Below, piece after piece: positions 59,221 through 64,000 of a stretch of 64,000 bases of DNA. Position 1 is the first letter of the stretch, and the number at the start of each line of letters is the position of its first letter. Under the pieces are notes generated by a model. That model was not told the origin of the DNA, did not search any database, and saw only the letters and a program-made list of their open reading frames with translations. The DNA is from a bacterium (GTDB lineage Bacteria > DRYD01): positions 6,739 through 70,738 of the forward strand of contig JAUQQQ010000005.1 in the NCBI GenBank assembly GCA_030549815.1, read 5' to 3'. Position numbers and translations under genes: made by a program.

Positions 59221-60702
59221 TTATTTTCTCACATCTATTGCTGCTGGCGTTGAAAATAATCCAGGTATAGTTGATGCCACTACAGCATTCCTTGTTAAAT
59301 CAACAACATCTACCTTTTTATCAGCTTTACAAGATACATATAATTTCAATCCATTAGGGTCTATACCCATATAAGTAGGTCCCGCACTGGTTTGAATATT
59401 AGCTACGATTTTACTACTTAATACATCTATTACACTTACCGTATTTGATCCCTCATTTGACACATAAACCCATCTCAGAGAAGGATGAACAATTATCTTT
59501 GATGGTTTATAACCAGTCCTGAATCTTCCCACCTCTATATTATTTTTTGCATCAACCAATGAAACTGTATTATCGTTGTAGTTAGCGACATAAACTCTTC
59601 TTCCATCAGGTGTAGCCACCCCTAAAGGCTGATTACCAACTTTCAATATATTTAATACTTCGAGAGTTTTAGCATTTAAAGTTAGCAAGTAACCATTACT
59701 GTTATCTCCATAGGAAACAAACAATTTTTCATTATCGGGAGAAATAGCAAGACCATTAGGTTGCAATACTCCAAGTTTAGATGTTTTTGGATTCTTATAA
59801 AGTTCTATCGCAGACACGGGGAAATCTTTCGATGAATCAATCATCAATATTTTCGGGCTCGGTCCCATCAAAGAAACATAAACGTAATTTTGTCCCACTA
59901 CCATATCAGAAGGAATACTTTCATTCGAAAGTGAAAATTTATTCATAACTTTATTATTTTGATCAGGAGAAATAACGTAAAAATTAGATTTATAATCAAG
60001 CGCGTATAATTTTCTGTATGAAGGATGAAATTTAACCAAATTAACCCTTCCATCAACCTTAGCAACTGCTTTTATTTTGCCATCAGTTTGGGTACTCATG
60101 ATAGATATAGCATTAACCGAGTTGTACATCATTATGCCATCTTGCCCATACTGGGTAAAATACTTTCTATCTGCGTATTCTAAGGGGTTATGTCCGTACT
60201 GAATGGCAGCCATATCCGAAACATCTTCGGGGCCGGCAGAAAATGGTATCCCACCAGGAGCATCAGTATCAGCAGGAAAAGCTATATAAACTTTATCAGT
60301 TGCTGGATTATAATCCATCCCAACTGTTGATGTATCCAAAGTTGCTGTTTTCTCAGGTTCAAGAATAACATTAATTATCTTTGTTTCTCCCGGATTAAGC
60401 AATATTTGCAATATTTGTGGTTTGAATTGTGGTTTCGATAATGTCATTTTATACTGTCCTGGGGGTAAATTTATAAATTCGAAGGATGCACTTGCTGTTG
60501 TCACAAATTGTTGAGGCAAACCAGGAGTTGGTTGTATAGGTTCAAGATAGATAATTACTCCTATGCCTGGAGCAACACCAGATCCAACTCCAGGGGTTAC
60601 AGAATAATCCAACATTACATTTCCCCTTATCTGACCTAAATTAGCCCAAACCGATATAGTAAATAATGTTAATATCAATGCAAAAAATAGCAATCTCCTC
60701 AT
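59221..60702 (-). CDS. Secreted YVTN-type beta-propeller repeat protein with an N-terminal Ig/CarboxypepD_reg-like domain
   Basis: Signal peptide (LLFFALILTLFTISVWA). Repeated about 40-aa units with the Y-V-x-N...N-x-V-S-V-I-D pattern (YVANYNDNTVSLVD, YVSNEGSNTVSVID, LYVSCKADKKVDVVD). Confidence 0.6.
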   Translation of the reverse strand: MRRLLFFALILTLFTISVWANLGQIRGNVMLDYSVTPGVGSGVAPGIGVIIYLEPIQPTPGLPQQFVTTASASFEFINLPPGQYKMTLSKPQFKPQILQILLNPGETKIINVILEPEKTATLDTSTVGMDYNPATDKVYIAFPADTDAPGGIPFSAGPEDVSDMAAIQYGHNPLEYADRKYFTQYGQDGIMMYNSVNAISIMSTQTDGKIKAVAKVDGRVNLVKFHPSYRKLYALDYKSNFYVISPDQNNKVMNKFSLSNESIPSDMVVGQNYVYVSLMGPSPKILMIDSSKDFPVSAIELYKNPKTSKLGVLQPNGLAISPDNEKLFVSYGDNSNGYLLTLNAKTLEVLNILKVGNQPLGVATPDGRRVYVANYNDNTVSLVDAKNNIEVGRFRTGYKPSKIIVHPSLRWVYVSNEGSNTVSVIDVLSSKIVANIQTSAGPTYMGIDPNGLKLYVSCKADKKVDVVDLTRNAVVASTIPGLFSTPAAIDVRK

Positions 60703-60819
60703 TTCTTACACCCCCTATTTTTATTTTACACAAAACATCACTAAAATCCTCACTTTCCAACAAAATTTTTACTGAAAAAGGAAAAATCAAAATAATATAC
60801 AAAATAAGATATTGGGAAG

Positions 60820-61338
60820 ATGTTAAAAAATAACAAAGCAAATGATATAGAAGTTAGCGTAGATAATCTATCTTTTTTAGACGTTTTTACTGTTCAAAAA
60901 TATCTGGACGATATAGAAATAGCTAAAAAAGCTTTTGGTGTTACTAATGAAAGTCAACAACTGTTTGAAAATATAAACAAACTAAAAAAAAGTCTCTTAC
61001 TAAACAGAAGCAATTTTAAATCAATAAAATACAATAGGAAAACAGTTGGATTCATTCAAATACATTACGAAAATATCAATCAAGTTAAAATAGGTATAGT
61101 AATAGGAGAAAAAAAGTATTGGGGTAAGAACATAGGTAGCATAGCATTAAAAAAAACCATAGATCTACTTTTCAAGAATGATAATAACTTAACTACTATA
61201 ACTTTAGACACAGCATCCTACAACGTTATAGCAAAAAAATGTTTTGAGAAAGTTGGGTTTAAGGTTTACAAAGAAGAAAATGGAAAAGTTTATATGTTTT
61301 TAAGTAGAGATAGTTATGAGAAGGGAAATATTAAATAA
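60820..61338 (+). CDS. GNAT-family N-acetyltransferase
   Basis: Motif A-like V.IGIVIGEKKYWGKNIGSIALKKTIDLLF (Q/R-x-x-G-x-G/A pattern). 172 aa. Confidence 0.6.
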   Translation: MLKNNKANDIEVSVDNLSFLDVFTVQKYLDDIEIAKKAFGVTNESQQLFENINKLKKSLLLNRSNFKSIKYNRKTVGFIQIHYENINQVKIGIVIGEKKYWGKNIGSIALKKTIDLLFKNDNNLTTITLDTASYNVIAKKCFEKVGFKVYKEENGKVYMFLSRDSYEKGNIK

Positions 61339-61363
61339 TGGAGAATTTTATATAATGATGTAT

Positions 61364-61448
61364 GGGCAGGTGGCCGAGCGGTCAAAGGCATGGGACTGTA
61401 AATCCCACGGGCGAGAGCCCTTCAGTGGTTCAAATCCACTCCTGCCCA
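61364..61448 (+). tRNA. tRNA-Tyr (anticodon GUA), class II with a long variable arm, no encoded CCA
   Basis: Acceptor GGGCAGG/CCTGCCC with discriminator A. D-arm GCC-GAGCGGTCAAA-GGC. Anticodon arm TGGGA-CTGTAAA-TCCCA. Long variable arm CGGGCGAGAGCCC. T-arm AGTGG-TTCAAAT-CCACT. Confidence 0.85.
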
Positions 61449-61472
61449 AACTTCCTGGGAGCTGAGTAAAGA

Positions 61473-62024
61473 TTGCTCAAAAAAGGAAATGTTTTCCTTA
61501 CTCCTATAGAGAGGCACAACCTGGTAACGTTCCATCAATGGCTAAAAGAACTTGAAAATTTTTTCCTTTTCTCGGAATTCTTCATAACCCAACCAAGTTT
61601 AGATGAATTAGAATACTGGTATAACTCACTTCTAAATAACTTTAGAAATAAAGTATTTATCATAAACTCAATCGACTCAAGAACACCCATAGGAATTGTA
61701 GAATTATCAAGAATAGATTGGAAAAACAGAAATGCAGCCATAGGAATAATAATAGGAAATAAACAACACAGGCAAAAAGGATTTGCAACAACCGCAATAA
61801 AAATTATCATAGATTTAGCATTCAATCATTGGAACCTACACAAATTATACGCTTTAGTAGTAGAAAACAACTTACCTTCAGTAAAACTATTCGAAAAATT
61901 AAAATTTACCAAAGAGGCAGTTTTAAGAGAAACCATATTCTTTGAATCAAAATATTACAACCAAATAGTTTTCTCACTCCTTAAAAACGAATATGAACAA
62001 AACATTGATTTCTACAACAGTTAA
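61473..62024 (+). CDS. GNAT-family N-acetyltransferase (RimJ/RimL-like)
   Basis: GIVELSRIDWKNRNAAIGIIIGNKQHRQKGFATTAIKIIIDLAF (acetyl-CoA binding motif A) and LHKLYALVVENNLPSVKLFEKLKF. Confidence 0.7.
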   Translation: MLKKGNVFLTPIERHNLVTFHQWLKELENFFLFSEFFITQPSLDELEYWYNSLLNNFRNKVFIINSIDSRTPIGIVELSRIDWKNRNAAIGIIIGNKQHRQKGFATTAIKIIIDLAFNHWNLHKLYALVVENNLPSVKLFEKLKFTKEAVLRETIFFESKYYNQIVFSLLKNEYEQNIDFYNS

Positions 62025-62277
62025 TACATTTAAAATAATTTTAATAGCAATGATTATCTTTGCAATTTATAAAGAAATAGGGGAATTAACTAAATTACAA
62101 AAGACAAACCAACACCTAAAACAGGAAATAACAGAAAAAGAAACACATTTACAAAAATTACAAAACATCATTATTTTATACTCAAACAAAGATTTTATAT
62201 ATCCATATTTAGTAAGAAAATATGGATTGACAGATAAAAAGGAAGCAAAACTCTACATAATGGAGGTGCAAAACTAA
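61993..62277 (+). CDS. Small membrane-anchored coiled-coil protein, possible septum-formation initiator (FtsB/DivIC-like)
   Basis: Single N-terminal TM helix (FKIILIAMIIFAIY) followed by a short leucine-zipper-like helix (LTKLQKTNQHLKQEITEKETHLQKLQ). Overlaps the upstream GNAT gene by 32 nt. Confidence 0.3.
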   Translation: MNKTLISTTVNTFKIILIAMIIFAIYKEIGELTKLQKTNQHLKQEITEKETHLQKLQNIIILYSNKDFIYPYLVRKYGLTDKKEAKLYIMEVQN

Positions 62278-62433
62278 ATGTCAAAAAAGAAAAATAATAA
62301 AGAAAACATGAAACAAGAAAACCCACAAGAAAAATCAGATAGAGAATTTGAAAAAAAATTAAAGAAATTTCTTAAAGATAGTGCACAAAATATTGCACAA
62401 GCCAAAAAAAATATCGAAAGAAAACAAAAATAA

Positions 62434-63147
62434 ATGAATACCGATTTTGTAGGATATACAGGTAAAACAGGAAGCATAGTATTTAACGAACTTAAAAAAG
62501 AATTTAATTTTAAAAATCTAATTAACTCCAAAAACTACAAAGAATACATAAAAAATATCGAAGATAATACAATAATAATCGACTTCTCCACAAAAGAATT
62601 CGTTATAGAATTTATTAATTCGGTTAATAAAAATTTTTCATCGTTTTTCTACATAACTGGTGTTACAGGCTTTTCCGAAGAAGAATTCCAAAGAATAAAT
62701 ATAAAGTTCAAAGAACTAAACATAAAAGGCTTTCACTTCCCAAACTTCAGCATAGGAGTTAATTTACTAAATAGTTTCGTAAAAAAAATTAGCATGTATT
62801 TCGATAACGCAGAAATAATAGAAATGCATCACAAAACAAAAAAAGATAAACCATCAGGAACCGCATTAACAACTTCTAAAATAATAAAAAACACTTGGAA
62901 AGAAAAAAACCTGGAAAATGAAGTTAATATCCACTCAGTTAGACTGCCCTCATTAGTAGCACACCAAACAGTAATATTTTCCAACGAATTTGGAGAAGTA
63001 TTGGAAATTACGCACCACAGCCTAAACAGAATATCCTTCGCTTTGGGAGTAAAAAAAGTACTTGAAAAAATATTAAAAGATGGGATTGAAAAATGGGAGT
63101 CAGGATTATCTTACAATCTCAATCTTTTTGATGTTATAGAAAAGTAA
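62434..63147 (+). CDS. dapB: 4-hydroxy-tetrahydrodipicolinate reductase
   Basis: N-terminal dinucleotide fold (VGYTGKTGSIV). DapB signature EIIEMHHKTKKDKPSGTA (E.HH..K.DAPSGTA). C-terminal tetramerisation region. Confidence 0.7.
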   Translation: MNTDFVGYTGKTGSIVFNELKKEFNFKNLINSKNYKEYIKNIEDNTIIIDFSTKEFVIEFINSVNKNFSSFFYITGVTGFSEEEFQRINIKFKELNIKGFHFPNFSIGVNLLNSFVKKISMYFDNAEIIEMHHKTKKDKPSGTALTTSKIIKNTWKEKNLENEVNIHSVRLPSLVAHQTVIFSNEFGEVLEITHHSLNRISFALGVKKVLEKILKDGIEKWESGLSYNLNLFDVIEK

Positions 63148-63287
63148 TATACAAAGGGTTCCTAGTGCAAATAATTTGTATTGTTAGCCCATAGTTAGAT
63201 AAAAAAACACCAAGTTAAGTAGATAGTATCGGTTCATCGTAAAGTTGAAAGCAAATTTTGGGTTTCCCCAATCGTATCAATTCATTT

Positions 63288-63902
63288 CTATCTAGCTTTT
63301 CTATTTATTCTGTTTATTACGTTATTCGTTACTCCTTCATTGAAAACTATATAAATACTACTACCATAAGGCCTTGTAGAATCGACAGTAAATTGCCCAT
63401 ACCATGCCTCTACTGAGCTATAATAGTTGTCCCCTATTTTTACTATATAATCATATTGGTTGTAATAAGAATAAATCCCAATATCAACACGGCTGACTGT
63501 ATATGTATCGTAATTGAACTTTGAATACGTTCCTCCATACCCATCATTAACATAAACAGTTTTGTTATTATTCCAGTTATTAGCGTCAAAATATACGTAT
63601 GCGGTTTCATTCCATTCATAACTGCCAAGCCACTCTATTCCCCCACCTGCAACCTTCCTTAAAACCTTTACATAAAGGTACTTATAATTAAGGTTGGTAG
63701 TAGTAGTGGTTGTATTAGTTGTAGTTATTGTGGTTGTAGGGAATGTATTAGTAGTTGTAGTAGTGAAAGTGGGAAAAGAGGAAGTAGGGAAAGATGAAGT
63801 ATCAAAAGTTGGTAGAGGACCTACTCCACCTCCACCACCAGAACATGCTAATATTATACCCAATGAAACCAATACTATAAAAACCAAGAATAAGTATCTC
63901 AT
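63288..63902 (-). CDS. Lipoprotein with a Thr-rich linker (hypothetical)
   Basis: Signal peptide with lipobox (LGIILA|CSGGGG). Then a poly-Thr/Asn tract (TTTTNTFPTTTITTTNTTTTTTN). Then a Tyr/Asn-rich beta-type domain. Confidence 0.45.
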   Translation of the reverse strand: MRYLFLVFIVLVSLGIILACSGGGGGVGPLPTFDTSSFPTSSFPTFTTTTTNTFPTTTITTTNTTTTTTNLNYKYLYVKVLRKVAGGGIEWLGSYEWNETAYVYFDANNWNNNKTVYVNDGYGGTYSKFNYDTYTVSRVDIGIYSYYNQYDYIVKIGDNYYSSVEAWYGQFTVDSTRPYGSSIYIVFNEGVTNNVINRINRKAR

Positions 63903-64000
63903 ATCACTCCCTCCTTTGACCTATTTCAAAGCATTTAGAGTTATATTTAAGGAATTTATTTATAGGCATAGCACCTACCAAAAAGTTAGCATTTTCGTAC

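Noticed and set aside
62278-62433. 52-aa Lys/Glu-rich ORF (MSKKKNNKENMKQEN...) coupled to the stop of the FtsB-like gene
   Set aside because: Very low complexity and below the ORF-track size threshold. It could be a real small basic protein, but nothing beyond an open frame supports it.

Overview
This is a strongly AT-rich, gene-dense bacterial chromosomal segment. Coding is mostly on the + strand, with three minus-strand blocks at about 20.9-21.7 kb, 28.6-31.8 kb and 45.3-50.6 kb. LptB, Lgt, MinCDE, signal-peptide/OM-type proteins and prepilin-type proteins point to a diderm, possibly thermophile-like low-GC lineage. I cannot name the organism from sequence alone.

Recognisable housekeeping genes:
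- Envelope and division: WecA/MraY-family GT4 (5' partial), lgt, murB, minC/minD/minE, dapB, and a possible FtsB-like gene.
- Proteostasis and information processing: a Clp-type AAA+ ATPase, mutL, a gyrA-like gene, rplU, the rplR-rpsE-rplO block, and tRNA-Tyr(GUA).
- Metabolism: an lpd-like oxidoreductase, a leuB-like dehydrogenase, accC, glnA, ispE, a MoxR ATPase, M42 and S41-like peptidases, a Zn-ADH, a DUF62 SAM hydroxide adenosyltransferase, an IMPase and YjbQ.

Notable non-standard content:
1. A prepilin-type protein carries a 7x PGTPSD linker followed by a complete Hint (intein/Hedgehog-like) autoprocessing domain and a 41-aa hydrophobic tail.
2. A second locus holds three prepilin-type genes. 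The first is broken by an in-frame TGA plus a frameshift at an A6 run. A decayed partial duplicate of the last gene lies downstream.
3. A 72-aa ORF with 22 Cys sits where rpmA would normally follow rplU.
4. A compositionally aberrant Gly/Pro-rich 'glycine-zipper' protein lies next to an acyl-CoA synthetase pseudogene remnant.
5. A tightly coupled operon encodes two membrane-anchored coiled-coil proteins, a Clp-type ATPase and a small FHA protein.
6. A tandem CHAP-like amidase domain protein has a degenerate first copy.
7. Ribosomal-protein genes are in atypical contexts: L18-S5-L15 are flanked by ADH and murB rather than L6/SecY, and S5 carries a C-terminal extension.

No CRISPR array, rRNA or obvious IS element is visible.
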